64,000 nt of DNA from Deltaproteobacteria bacterium (GCA_031264145.1 JAISEK010000076.1:7843-71842), one strand, 5' to 3'; counted from the stretch's first letter, positions 45,619-55,697 are shown. Made by a program: numbers and translations. The notes: generated by a model not told the origin, from the letters alone.

Positions 45619-47508
45619 TTAGTTAGAAATTTTCCCAAGCAGTTCCAAGGCCGCCTTTTCCAGGCCAGGGGCGTCCAGTCCCAACAGGGCCCTCTGCCGT
45701 CCAGGGTTGGCGTGCGGGACGTGGGTCTCACCCATGCCCATAGCCTTGACCTTGACGGGTCCAGGGAGATCCAGCCTGGCCAGGGCCTCGCAGACCGCCC
45801 CGTTGAGGCCGCCGGCGACGGCGTTTTCCTCGGCCGTGATTATACGGCGGGTTTGGGCCGCCTTTTCGACGGCCTTTTGGTCCAGGGGCTTGACGAAGCG
45901 CATGTTCACGACCATGGCCGCGAGGCCCCTCTCCAAAAGTCTGTCGGCGGCTTCCATGGCCGGCCATACGGTCTGGCCTATGGCCAGGATGGCCAGATCC
46001 TGGCCCTCGCGCATGACCTCGGCCTGGCCGGCTTCCAGGGGCTGGCCATCCGTCTCCGGCTTTCCGCTGACCGCTCCCCTGGGGTAGCGGATGGCCGAGG
46101 GGCCTTTCAGGGTCAAGGCCAGGGAGAGCATCCGCCGGAGCTCGTGCTCGTCCCGAGGGGCCATGACCGTGAAGTTGGGCAGAAGCCTGAGATAGGACAA
46201 GTCAAGACCACCGTGGTGGGTCGGCCCGTCCTCGCCCACCAGGCCGGCCCGGTCGACGGCGAAAACCACCGGGAGGTTCTGGAGGGCCACGTCATGGAAA
46301 AGCTGGTCAAAGGCTCTCTGCAGGAAGGTCGAGTAAATGGCCACTACCGGCCTCAAGCCGGCGGCGGCCAGGCCGGCGGCGAAGGTCACGGCGTGCTGCT
46401 CGGCGATGCCCACGTCAAAGGCCCGGTCTGGGTAGAGGACGAAAAACCTGTCCAGGCCAGTCCCCTGGCTCATGGCCGCGGTGATGGCGTTTATCCTGCC
46501 ATCCTTTTCGGCCGCTTCCGTCAGGAAGTCGCCAAAGATCTCTGTGTAGGTCTTGGTGGACTTGGCGGCCTCCTGGACGCCAGGCTCCTCGGCTGGGGCA
46601 ATCTTGGAGCGTCCCAGCCCATGGAAGGCCAGGGGGTTTTTCTCGGCCGGGGCAAAGCCTTTGCCCTTGGTGGTGATGACGTGCAGAAGGACCGGGCGCA
46701 TCAGGTTCGGCATTTGCCTCAGTGTCCCGACCAGCCGGCCCAGGTCGTGGCCGTCTATGGGGCCGATGTATTTGAAGCCCCAGGCGGCCAGAAAGGCGGT
46801 CGGGGAAACCAGGAACGCCTTCAGGGATTCCTCGGCCCTCTGGAAGCGCTTGATGAGGCGGTTGCCCTTCTGGGGCATGATCCTTTCCAGGATGTTCTTG
46901 ACCCGCTGGCGCAAGAGGACGTGTTCCTGGGTTGTCAGCTTTAGGGACAGGTATTGGCTCAGGGCCCCCACGTTGGGGCTGATGGACATGCGGTTGTCGT
47001 TGTAGACGACCAGCAGGTTTTTTTGGAGTCCCCCGGCGTGGTTCAGGGCCTCCATGGCCATCCCGCCGGTCAGGGCCCCGTCGCCGATGACGGCGACGAC
47101 GGAGTAGTCCCCTCCCAGCTGGTCCCTGGCCGAGGCCAGGCCCAGGGCGGCCGAGATGGAGGTCGAGGAGTGGCCTGAGATGAAGGCGTCGAAGGCGCTT
47201 TCCTCAGGCCTAAGAAAGCCGGACAGGCCACCTTCCTGCCTCAGGGAGGGGAAATCATCGGCCCGGCCGGTCAGGAGCTTGTGGGCGTAGGCCTGGTGCC
47301 CCACGTCGAAGACAATCTTGTCCTCCGGGGCCTCGAAGACGTAATGGAGGGCGATGACAAGCTCGACCGCCCCAAGGGACGAGGCCAGGTGGCCGCCGTT
47401 TTGGCCAACCACCTTGATCATGAGCGAGCGGATTTCCTCGGCCAGGTCCTTCAGGTCGGCCAGACTCAGCTTCTTTATGTCAGCGGGTGTTTTTATCAAG
47501 GAGAGCAA
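45619..47508 (-). CDS. dxs: 1-deoxy-D-xylulose-5-phosphate synthase
   Basis: Motifs GGHLASSLGAVEL and VIGDGALTGGMAMEALN (ThDP motif), 629 aa. Canonical xseB-ispA-dxs operon. Confidence 0.95.
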   Translation of the reverse strand: MLSLIKTPADIKKLSLADLKDLAEEIRSLMIKVVGQNGGHLASSLGAVELVIALHYVFEAPEDKIVFDVGHQAYAHKLLTGRADDFPSLRQEGGLSGFLRPEESAFDAFISGHSSTSISAALGLASARDQLGGDYSVVAVIGDGALTGGMAMEALNHAGGLQKNLLVVYNDNRMSISPNVGALSQYLSLKLTTQEHVLLRQRVKNILERIMPQKGNRLIKRFQRAEESLKAFLVSPTAFLAAWGFKYIGPIDGHDLGRLVGTLRQMPNLMRPVLLHVITTKGKGFAPAEKNPLAFHGLGRSKIAPAEEPGVQEAAKSTKTYTEIFGDFLTEAAEKDGRINAITAAMSQGTGLDRFFVLYPDRAFDVGIAEQHAVTFAAGLAAAGLRPVVAIYSTFLQRAFDQLFHDVALQNLPVVFAVDRAGLVGEDGPTHHGGLDLSYLRLLPNFTVMAPRDEHELRRMLSLALTLKGPSAIRYPRGAVSGKPETDGQPLEAGQAEVMREGQDLAILAIGQTVWPAMEAADRLLERGLAAMVVNMRFVKPLDQKAVEKAAQTRRIITAEENAVAGGLNGAVCEALARLDLPGPVKVKAMGMGETHVPHANPGRQRALLGLDAPGLEKAALELLGKISN

Positions 47509-47550
47509 AGTCCATCCCCGTACATCGCCAAGGACCGTGGGTCCAGTGGC

Positions 47551-48474
47551 CTAGCTGGAGCGCCCGACGATGGAGCGCATGAGCCACACGAGCTTTTCCG
47601 ATCCGAGAAGGCCGATGTCGCCGATGGTCTTGTCGACCAAGGATTCCGCTTTTTTTTTGGCTGCCGCCAGGCCCATGACGGATGTGGCCGAGGCTTTGCC
47701 GCTTTGGGCGTCGGTGCCGACGTTTTTGCCCATTTTTGATGGGTCGCCGCTAACGTTGAGCAGATCGTCCGTAATCTGGAAGGCCAGGCCGGCCTGGCGC
47801 CCCACCTCGGAGAGCCTGGAGACGTTCCTTGGGTCGGCCCCGCCAAGTGTGGCCCCGATGGCCAGGCAGGCCCCCAGGAGACAGCCGGTCTTTTTTTCCT
47901 CCATGGACAGGACCTCGGGGATATCTGGGTTTTGCCCCTCCAAGGCCAGGTCCATGGCCTGGCCGCCGGCCATGCCCAAGGGGCCCACGGCCTTGGCCAG
48001 AATCAGGATGGCCTGGGCCACCTCCTGGCATTTTCCGGCGTCCCCTTTCGCCGAGGCGCCGGCCAGGGTCTCGAAGGCCAGCGACTGGAGGGCGTCCCCG
48101 GCCAGGATGGCCGTGGCCTCGCCAAAGACCAGATGGCAGGTTGGGCGGCCCCTTCTCAAATCATCGTTATCCAGGGCCGGCAAATCGTCATGGATGAGAG
48201 AATAGGCGTGGACCATCTCGACGGCCAGGGCCCCCGGGAAGGCCCAGGCTTCCTTGCCGCCCACGGCCTCGGCCGCGGCCAGGGTCAAAAGGGCCCTCAG
48301 GCGTTTGCCCCCGCCCAGGATTGTATGGCCCATGGCCGACAGCAGGTTGGCGATCGCCTGGTGCTGCCTGTCGGCCAGGCCAGAGATGGCCTTTTCCAGC
48401 CCCAGGTTGAGGCGCCTGACCCAAAGGTCGCGCCAGCGCAGGATTTTGGCCTCAGTCATCATCGTCCCCGCCAC
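47551..48474 (-). CDS. ispA: (2E,6E)-farnesyl diphosphate synthase
   Basis: FARM IHDDLPALDNDDLRRG and SARM FQITDDLL. Confidence 0.9.
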   Translation of the reverse strand: MAGTMMTEAKILRWRDLWVRRLNLGLEKAISGLADRQHQAIANLLSAMGHTILGGGKRLRALLTLAAAEAVGGKEAWAFPGALAVEMVHAYSLIHDDLPALDNDDLRRGRPTCHLVFGEATAILAGDALQSLAFETLAGASAKGDAGKCQEVAQAILILAKAVGPLGMAGGQAMDLALEGQNPDIPEVLSMEEKKTGCLLGACLAIGATLGGADPRNVSRLSEVGRQAGLAFQITDDLLNVSGDPSKMGKNVGTDAQSGKASATSVMGLAAAKKKAESLVDKTIGDIGLLGSEKLVWLMRSIVGRSS

Positions 48475-48570
48475 GGCGGCCGTGGCCTTCGCCGTCTTCC
48501 ATCCAGAAAACCCAGGGTCCTGGCCCGAGGTGATAGTCCCTCCTCCAGTCAGCGGGAAGGAGGTCCCAGG

Positions 48571-48858
48571 CTACTCGTCCTCATCCTCCCCTTCCTCGGG
48601 GGGAAGCAGATCCTCTTCGGATAGGGGCGTCGACACGGGCTGCCCCTCTGCGCTCCTGGTCAGGCGCTCCAGGCGGGCTTCTGCCTGGCTAAGCTTGTCT
48701 GACAGCTTGCGGCTGAGCCGTATGCCTTCCTCAAAGCCGTCCAGGGCCTCATCCAGGCCAATGTCTGATTTTTCCAGGGAATCGACGATGGCCTTGAGCT
48801 TCTCAAGGCCGGTCTCGAAGGTTTCCTCGGTCTTGCCTTTGCCGTTCTGAGGAGCCAT
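48571..48858 (-). CDS. xseB: exodeoxyribonuclease VII small subunit
   Basis: FETGLEKLKAIVDSLEKSDIGLDEALDGFEEGIRLSRKL. Position upstream of ispA-dxs. Confidence 0.85.
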   Translation of the reverse strand: MAPQNGKGKTEETFETGLEKLKAIVDSLEKSDIGLDEALDGFEEGIRLSRKLSDKLSQAEARLERLTRSAEGQPVSTPLSEEDLLPPEEGEDEDE

Positions 48859-49442
48859 GGGTCAATCTCACCTAAATCCTTTGGTCGGGGGCAGGTTAAT
48901 AGCCTGTCAGGCCCAAGTCTGGTCCCTGGGTGCGCAAAAAAAAGCCGAAGCTTGAAGGATAACAATATATATTGTTGATACTACTGGTAAAAAATGCGCA
49001 AAGCTGTAAACTTGTAGTCTGGGATAAGTCTTCATGCCTGACGGCCAGCCTGGGCCGGGGCGGCAGTCCGGGACATATCCAATGTTGCCTCCTGGATGGT
49101 TCAGGCCCATAAAATTGGCCCGTCCCTTTGGCTGCCTAGGGTCCAACTACCAGAGCGTCGGCCTAGCCATGATATCGCCAACTTTGGCCATTGGCAACTA
49201 CTTTGACGGCCGCCCACAGGGGAACAGGCCATTCGGGGCAAACACATGGCCTTGGTAGCATAAGTCTGACAGATAGTCCACAATTAGACAGCTTGGATAG
49301 TCAATGGATAGTGTTTCAATGATTGTGGTATGTTAGGGACTGAGGGAACTTTCAGTCCAAGCCGTCCTGGCCCATGGTTGGCCCCGACAGTTGGCCATGG
49401 TAGGGGGCCGGGAAAACCAACGCCGGCAAGGCAAAAAAAATC

Positions 49443-49471
49443 TTGACTACGAAACCGAAAAAAGTTATAAA
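49443..49471 (+). promoter_or_regulatory. sigma-70 promoter for tRNA-Tyr (TTGACT-17 nt-TATAAA)
   Basis: Read directly; about 45 nt upstream of the tRNA 5' end. Confidence 0.45.
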
Positions 49472-49515
49472 ACACTCTTTGCTGGCCGGGTTTCCGGCCA
49501 AGCCGAGGGCATCCT

Positions 49516-49601
<86 letters not shown>

Positions 49602-49743
49602 GAAATTCATCCACCATGGGTTTTTGGACTATAAAATCACTTATAGTATAGTTATTTTGGTATAAATAATATTTTGATTTAATATGTAAATATATTATAG
49701 GGTAATTTTAAATACATAATTTATAGTTAAATATAAAAAATAT

Positions 49744-49810
49744 GGTAATGGCTCATCACTTGCCAGAGCTGAAGCTTTCCAGGCCTTAGTTTGTGTGTTC
49801 GAGCCTGATA
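49744..49810 (+). pseudogene. decayed duplicate of tRNA-Gly(TCC)
   Basis: AATGGCTCATCACTTGCCAGAGCTGAAGCTTTCCAGGCCTTAGTTTGTGTGTTCGAGCC aligns with AATAGCTCAATTGGCTAGAGCGAAAGCCTTCCAAGCTTTAGGTTGCGGGTTCGAGCC. Acceptor-stem complementarity is lost. The upstream AT-rich leader is also duplicated. Confidence 0.5.
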
Positions 49811-49872
49811 AAAAATATATACATAAGATGGTATAAATTACTATAGATTAATAGGTAAATATAATAAAAAAT

Positions 49873-49949
49873 GCGGGAATAGCTCAATTGGCTAGAGCGA
49901 AAGCCTTCCAAGCTTTAGGTTGCGGGTTCGAGCCCCGTTTCCCGCTCCA
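49873..49949 (+). tRNA. tRNA-Gly (TCC), CCA encoded
   Basis: Acceptor GCGGGAA/TTCCCGC, D-arm TAGCTCAATTGGCTAGAGC, anticodon loop CTTCCAA, T-arm GCGGGTTCGAGCCCCGT. Confidence 0.93.
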
Positions 49950-50507
49950 TTTATAAGAAGTTTATATTATTTTCCTGTGTTAGATCTTTGTTAAATATTT
50001 TTTCTGTGTTTATGTAGAAAGATAAATTTCTGCATATTTAAGTTTTAATCTACAAGAATTGTTAACGTTTTGGCTAAACCAAGAGTTGCTTTTCTTGTGG
50101 ATTTTTTTGTGGAGAAGCCCGGCCCCTTGGTGGAAAATTGGCTGTCGTGACCGTTCTGTTTGGTGCGAACCGCATTGGCAACGTAGCCATCATCCCTTAT
50201 GAAATTGAGAAAAGCCCTCATGGCCGCAAAATCGATGCCTTGGCGAGGTCATGCATTTGGCTTTCCGCCCAAGATGATGCCCCGTCATAATGTTGGCAAA
50301 TGGCCGACACGGGCAGGTTGGACGGGCGGTGCATGGTGATATGGCCGACGAAGGACCTCAGCCGCTTGCGATCCGGGGCCAGTCGCTGACCATTTCAAAC
50401 AGTTCCGATTTGTAATGGTTTCATTGGCTTCCCCTTTTTTGGGGCCGGTCAACGCCTAGACGATTCCCTTAGCCATCCCGTCAGGCGAATATTTATCAAT
50501 AAAACAA

Positions 50508-51112
50508 TTAATTTGATTGAATAATCATAGAATTTATTTTATCTATTGTTTTCTTTGCGTGTTTATGGTCCTGGACGGCCGCCAGACGGAACCACATTTC
50601 GGCCTCGGCCTTGTCCATCGTGACGGCCTCTCCCCCAAGATACATGTAGCCAAGAATATACTGGGCGTCGGACAAGCCCTGCCCGGCGGCCAGGCGGAAC
50701 CATCTCATCGCCTCGGCCTTGTCGACCGGGACGCCATCACCCAACAGATAAAGGCAGGCAAGGTTATGCTGCGCCACCGTGTTGGCATTCTCGGCGGCCC
50801 CCCTGAACAGTCTTGAGGCCCTGGCCTTGTCCTGGGGCACCCCCTGGCCAGCCAGGTACATGGCCGCGGCCTGGCATTGCGAGTCCGCATGGCCAAGCAG
50901 GGTGGCCCGCCGGAACCTTTTGAATGCCTTGCCCATGTCCTGAGGCAGGCCTTCCCCTGAGTTGTACATGGCGGCCAGGCGAAACCGGGCCTCTCGGGCA
51001 GGTCCTGCCTGGCGGCCCTTAGCATCCATCTTCTAGCTGCTTTCGCCATGTCCTTGGGAATGAGGCCGCCATCCCCAGTCTGTAAGTCTACGCCAAGCGA
51101 GAATTGGGCCAT
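50508..51112 (-). pseudogene. Sel1-repeat (TPR-like) protein gene with a single frameshift near 51010-51025
   Basis: N-terminal repeat (AQFSLGVDLQTGDGGLIPKDMAKAARRWMLRAA) is in the frame of ORF 50705..51112. The remaining Sel1 repeats (ARFRLAAMYNSGEGLPQDMGKAFKRF... to the end) are in the frame of ORF 50508..51029. Confidence 0.6.
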
Positions 51113-52169
51113 GGCATCACCTTCCGTGGCATTTTGGCGAATTTTGACTATTATTTCCCTCTTGCCAGGGCCGATATCCCGCCATTGAGGTATTTTGGTG
51201 TTTTTTTGGCGATATCATCTCTAGACTTGGTTTTTTTCTGCTCATGGGTTGTCCTTGTTCGTTACCGTCGTACCTTCTTTGGCTCAATGTCCATCGCGCC
51301 AAGGACATCGTGTCGCATACGGCCTGGACATGTGGAACGGAGCGCCTAGCCATGGATAGCCGAGACAATCACGGCCCATGACAAAAGGGGAAGCGTCCGC
51401 GGACAACGGGCGATGATGCCTGACTTGGCCTGATCCATCGGCGGGCGCAAGATGCCGCGATCGAACGCCCGCTGCTGCCCAGCGTTCGGCGTGATCGTAA
51501 CGCCAAACTTCCCCTCAATGCACGTCAACGGTTTGCTGGCTGCTGTGGAGACCACGGGCATTGATCTCGCCAATGATCGCTTGCCCGATGCCCACGGGTC
51601 TGCTCTTTATTCCGTCGCCTTTACGGCAAAGTGATTCCACCCGCGCAAATGGAAACCAAGCCAAACCAGACTCACACAGACCTGGCTCGCCTGGAGCTGG
51701 TGACTGGAATTGGACGCTCAGAAAATGGGCAGGCCAGAACAAAATACCATGAAGAATTGGCTGTGTCTCGTGAAAAAATAGATTACGTCGGTGGATGTCC
51801 TGGCTGCCCAGGATAAGAAAGCCATGGACGGACTTGCCAGCGGCAAGAGCCCAGCCGCTGTCGGCTATTTGGCGCCAAGATGAGCGCGTCGGCATTTGTC
51901 TGCGATAGGGCTGAAGGAAAGGCGGCATGATCGGGCAGATGTCTAGGCTGGCATGCGTGAATGAATGTCCGCCATGCGGCTTGGGCCGCGTGGCGGGTTC
52001 CGGCATTGGGGCCACCGTGGCCTCGTCAGGTGTGGGCCGATTGTGCCGGCGGACAGGGGTCGTGCCGGGGGGCTGGGTTTGGCCTGGGGCGGCGTGGATT
52101 CCCGTCTTGTGGGGGGCATATTGGGGACGGGCCGGCGGCGGATCGACTCGGTGGACAGCGGGGTCTGGC

Positions 52170-52742
52170 TCAGCCGGCGGCCAGAAGGCCCTTGAGGTGG
52201 CCGAGGAAGCGCTCCGTGGCCCCCCGGAGGTTCCGCGAGTTGTCGATGACCAGGAGGCCGTCGGTGTCCAGGTCAAAGCTCCCATCGGTCCGGAGAAGCC
52301 GCCCCAGGATCGAGTCCCCGTCCTCGCGGGCCCTTTTCTCCAGGCGGGCCTTGAGTACGCTGGGCTCGGCGGTGACCAGGACCGGACTGAGGCCGGGGTA
52401 GAGGCCCAGCGCCCGCCGGAGGTAATCCCTTGAGCCGTTGACCAGCACCACCCGGCCCTCTCGGAGATCCTCGTCGATGGTCCTCTCTATGCCGTAGCCG
52501 AGGCCGTGGCATCGCCAGTGGAGGGCCAGGCGGCCATCGCGGATTAGGCCTCTGAGGCGCTCCTCGGACACGAAGCGGTCCGGGGAGAGGCCGTCGGCCG
52601 GCCTGGTGACCAGCCGCGTGGCCAGGACCAGCCCATCTGGGAGTAGCCGTTTGGCCTCGGCCATGAGGGTATCCTTGCCCGCCCCGGAGGGGCCCATGAC
52701 GTAGACCAGGGTCCCCTCGCCCCTCGTCCCTGGGGCCGGCAC
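52170..52742 (-). CDS. phnN: ribose 1,5-bisphosphate phosphokinase PhnN
   Basis: P-loop VMGPSGAGKDTL. About 190 aa. Last gene of the phn cluster. GTG start abuts the phnM stop. Confidence 0.85.
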   Translation of the reverse strand: MPAPGTRGEGTLVYVMGPSGAGKDTLMAEAKRLLPDGLVLATRLVTRPADGLSPDRFVSEERLRGLIRDGRLALHWRCHGLGYGIERTIDEDLREGRVVLVNGSRDYLRRALGLYPGLSPVLVTAEPSVLKARLEKRAREDGDSILGRLLRTDGSFDLDTDGLLVIDNSRNLRGATERFLGHLKGLLAAG

Positions 52743-53873
52743 CTAGAAGACCTGCCTTCCGGCCACCCAGACCGACTTGACCACCGGGCGCCCGTTGTGG
52801 ACGCGGACGCGGACCAGATCGGCCCTCAGGCCCGGCTCCAGGCGTCCCCGATCCCCGAGGCGTCCCAGGCGGGCCGGGTTGTCGGTGACGGTCCTCATGG
52901 ACTCCTCGAAGGAGAGGCCGCAGTCCCGGTTGAGGATGAAGGCCCCCAGGAGGAGGCTGGAGGGCACGTAGTCGGAGGATAGGGTGCTCAGTAGTCCCTC
53001 TCCGGCCACCTGGCTGGCGGGGACGTTGCCGGAGTGCGAGCCCCCGCGGACCAGGTTGGGCGCGCCCATGGTCACCGCCAGCCCCAGGAGGGAGGCCTGT
53101 CTGGCCGCCTCCAGGGTGGTCGGGAACTCGGAGATGGAGGCCCCCAGGCCCAGGGCCTGGTCGACGTGCTCCGGGAGGGTGTCGTCGTGGGAGGCCAGGG
53201 GCACGTCGTTCCTGGCCGTGAACTCGGAGACCTTCTGGCGGTGCGGGGCGGCGAACTGGTCGCGGAGCCGGGCCATTTCCTCCACCCTGGCCCGGATCTC
53301 GCCCAGGGAATGCCGCGACTCGTAATAGGTCCTGTAGGAATCCAGATCCCGCCACTGGCGCTGGCCGGGGGTGTGGTCCATGAGCGAGACCATGGCCAGG
53401 AGCGGGTGGCCGCAGACCCGGTCGAAGAGCTCCCCCATGGATGGGTCGCCAATCTCGCACCTGAGATGGAGCCTGTGGTCGGCCCGCAGGTGATCCGAGC
53501 TTTCCTCCAGGGCCCTGAGGGACAGATCCAGGAGGACCTGGCGGCCCTGGTCGACCGATTCGCCGACGCAGACCGAGTCCAGGACCGTGGTGATCCCGGC
53601 GCCGACCAGCTGGGCGTCGTGGGCCTCCATGGCCGCCCCTGGCTCGGGCCAGTAGAGGCCTGGCCTGGGCTTGAGGTGTTTCTCAAGGTTGTCGGTGTGG
53701 AGCTCGACCAGGCCAGGGAACAGGAAGTCCCCGTCCAGGTCCTCCGAGCCCATCGGCACGGTGCCGTTGCCGAGCCCCGTTATGGTCCGGCCCTCGATGG
53801 CCACGTGTCCCTTCCTGAGTCCCTCCGGGGTCAGGAGCCTGGCCCCGGCCAGGACGGTCGTTTTGTTCGGCAT
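52743..53873 (-). CDS. phnM: alpha-D-ribose 1-methylphosphonate 5-triphosphate diphosphatase PhnM (amidohydrolase)
   Basis: GLVELHTDNLE metal-binding motif, 376 aa. Start overlaps the phnL stop (TGATG). Confidence 0.9.
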   Translation of the reverse strand: MPNKTTVLAGARLLTPEGLRKGHVAIEGRTITGLGNGTVPMGSEDLDGDFLFPGLVELHTDNLEKHLKPRPGLYWPEPGAAMEAHDAQLVGAGITTVLDSVCVGESVDQGRQVLLDLSLRALEESSDHLRADHRLHLRCEIGDPSMGELFDRVCGHPLLAMVSLMDHTPGQRQWRDLDSYRTYYESRHSLGEIRARVEEMARLRDQFAAPHRQKVSEFTARNDVPLASHDDTLPEHVDQALGLGASISEFPTTLEAARQASLLGLAVTMGAPNLVRGGSHSGNVPASQVAGEGLLSTLSSDYVPSSLLLGAFILNRDCGLSFEESMRTVTDNPARLGRLGDRGRLEPGLRADLVRVRVHNGRPVVKSVWVAGRQVF

Positions 53874-54904
53874 CAGTCCTCCTGGCCCCCGGAGGGGGGC
53901 CGCGGCGGCCCGCCGGGGAGCGGCGGGCGCAGATCGTGGATGGCGTCCGAGACGAGGGACAGGACCTCGCGGTCGTGGAAGACCCCGATGACGGCGGCCC
54001 CCCGCTTCTTGGCCTCCCTGATGAGCTCGCAGACGACCATCTTGTTGGCCTGGTCAAGGGAGGCCGTGGGCTCGTCCAGGAGCAGGATGGGGGCCGGCCA
54101 GACGAGGCCGCGGGCCAGGTTGACCCTTTGCCTCTCGCCCCCGGAGAAGGTCGCCGGCGGCAGGGCCTGGAGCCGCCTGGGGACATGGAGCCGGCCAAGG
54201 AGCTCGGAGGCCTCGGCCCTGGCGATGTCCGGCGGGCAGCCCCTGGCCACCAGGGGCTCGGCCACGACCTCAAGGGCGCTGACCCTGGGGATGACCCTGA
54301 GGAACTGGCTCACGTAGCCAAGGGAGCGGAGCCTCAGGCCCAGGATGTCCCTGGGGCCGGCCTCGCGAAGGGAGACCGCGCCCAGGCCGTCCCGGATGAG
54401 TATTTCCCCTGAGCTGGGGAGATAGTTGCCGTAGACGCAGCGCAGAAGGCTAGACTTGCCCGAGCCAGAGGGGCCGGTGACGGCCAGGCATTCGCCCGAG
54501 TGGACGGTGAAGGAGACGTCCTCCAGGGCCCTGAGGATGGCCGGCCCGGAGAGGTGGAGGACGAAGGTCTTCGACAGGGATCCAACCCGGACCATCTCGC
54601 CGGGCCCCAGCCGGGGCGAGGGAGAGGCGGCCAGCGTGGGGACGGCCTCGGTGGCTTCCCCCATCGGTGAAGGGACGTTCCCTGCAGCCGGCCGCACAAT
54701 CGGGGGGCGGCGGCAGGGCAGGCCGGCATCGGGCCGATCATTGTTGGAATATTTGAGCCTCATCGACTCCCTTCTCATGATTTCCAGGTTCATGGCCTCG
54801 ACCTGCCTTTTCTCCAGGTTCTGGCTCTCGTGTCTCGGGACGATGGGCTTTCGGTCCCCCGTCCTGATTGGACCCATAAGCCTCCCGGACGGTCCCCGAT
54901 CCAT
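53873..54904 (-). CDS. phnL: C-P lyase system ATP-binding protein PhnL (conserved core begins at ATG 54595; upstream 103 codons may be extension or spacer)
   Basis: From MVRVGSLSKTFVLHL...GPSGSGKSSLL...FSGGERQRVNLARG...LLLDEPTASLD it is colinear with E. coli PhnL as recalled. The ORF stays open up to 54904. Confidence 0.8.
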   Translation of the reverse strand: MDRGPSGRLMGPIRTGDRKPIVPRHESQNLEKRQVEAMNLEIMRRESMRLKYSNNDRPDAGLPCRRPPIVRPAAGNVPSPMGEATEAVPTLAASPSPRLGPGEMVRVGSLSKTFVLHLSGPAILRALEDVSFTVHSGECLAVTGPSGSGKSSLLRCVYGNYLPSSGEILIRDGLGAVSLREAGPRDILGLRLRSLGYVSQFLRVIPRVSALEVVAEPLVARGCPPDIARAEASELLGRLHVPRRLQALPPATFSGGERQRVNLARGLVWPAPILLLDEPTASLDQANKMVVCELIREAKKRGAAVIGVFHDREVLSLVSDAIHDLRPPLPGGPPRPPSGGQED

Positions 54905-54920
54905 GCCCCGACGGGTCCTG

Positions 54921-55697
54921 TCAGGCGTCCAGGGTCGAGGAGACCAGGAGCTGGGTGTAGGGCTCGTGGGGGTCGTCCAGGACCTGGTCGGTGAGGCCGC
55001 TCTCGATGACCCGGCCCCCCTTCATGACCATGAGGCGCTGGCTCAGGAGCCTGGCCACGGCCAGATCGTGGGTGACCAGGATGGCCGCGAGGTTCAGGCT
55101 GACGGCCAGGCCGCGTATGAGGTCCAGGAGCCTGGCCTGGACCGACACGTCCAGGCCGCCCGTGGGCTCGTCCAGGAGCACCAGCCTGGGGGCCGTGACC
55201 AGGTTCCTGGCTATCTGGAGCCTTTGGAGCATGCCCCCGGAATAGTGCCCTGGCCGGTCGTCCAGCCTGTCCTGGGCTATCTCCACCCTGGCCAGCCAGC
55301 CCAGGGCCTTTGACCGGACCCGCCCGTAGCAGCGGTCGCCACCGGAGAGGAGCCGGTCGGCGATGTTGGCCCCGGCGCTGACCGCCATGTTCAGGCCGTC
55401 GGACGGGTTCTGGTGGACGAAGCCGAGCTCGGTCCGGAGAAGGAGCCTCCTGTGGCCCTCGGGGAGCCCGTGGATGTCCAGGTCCCGGCCCTGGCCGTCC
55501 CGGTAGATCACCTGGCCGGCCGAGGGCCTCAGCTGGCCCGAGATGGCCTTGAGGACCGTCGTCTTGCCGCTCCCCGACTCGCCGACCAGGGCCAGGATCT
55601 CGCCCGGGAAGACCTCAAGGCTCACGTCGAGGCAGCCCGCCGTCGGCCCGTAGAGGTGGGTTATCCGGCTGGCTGCGAGCAATGGCCGCCCGTTCAT
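54921..55697 (-). CDS. phnK: C-P lyase system ATP-binding protein PhnK
   Basis: ABC ATPase without TM: GESGSGKTT, YSGGMLQRLQIARN, LVLLDEPTGGLD. ATGA overlap with phnJ. Confidence 0.9.
   Translation of the reverse strand: MNGRPLLAASRITHLYGPTAGCLDVSLEVFPGEILALVGESGSGKTTVLKAISGQLRPSAGQVIYRDGQGRDLDIHGLPEGHRRLLLRTELGFVHQNPSDGLNMAVSAGANIADRLLSGGDRCYGRVRSKALGWLARVEIAQDRLDDRPGHYSGGMLQRLQIARNLVTAPRLVLLDEPTGGLDVSVQARLLDLIRGLAVSLNLAAILVTHDLAVARLLSQRLMVMKGGRVIESGLTDQVLDDPHEPYTQLLVSSTLDA

Noticed and set aside
51515-52285. 256-aa minus-strand ORF between the Sel1 pseudogene and phnN
   Set aside because: It has no recognisable motifs and odd composition. It overlaps the 3' end of phnN in another frame. 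It is probably non-coding or decayed sequence.
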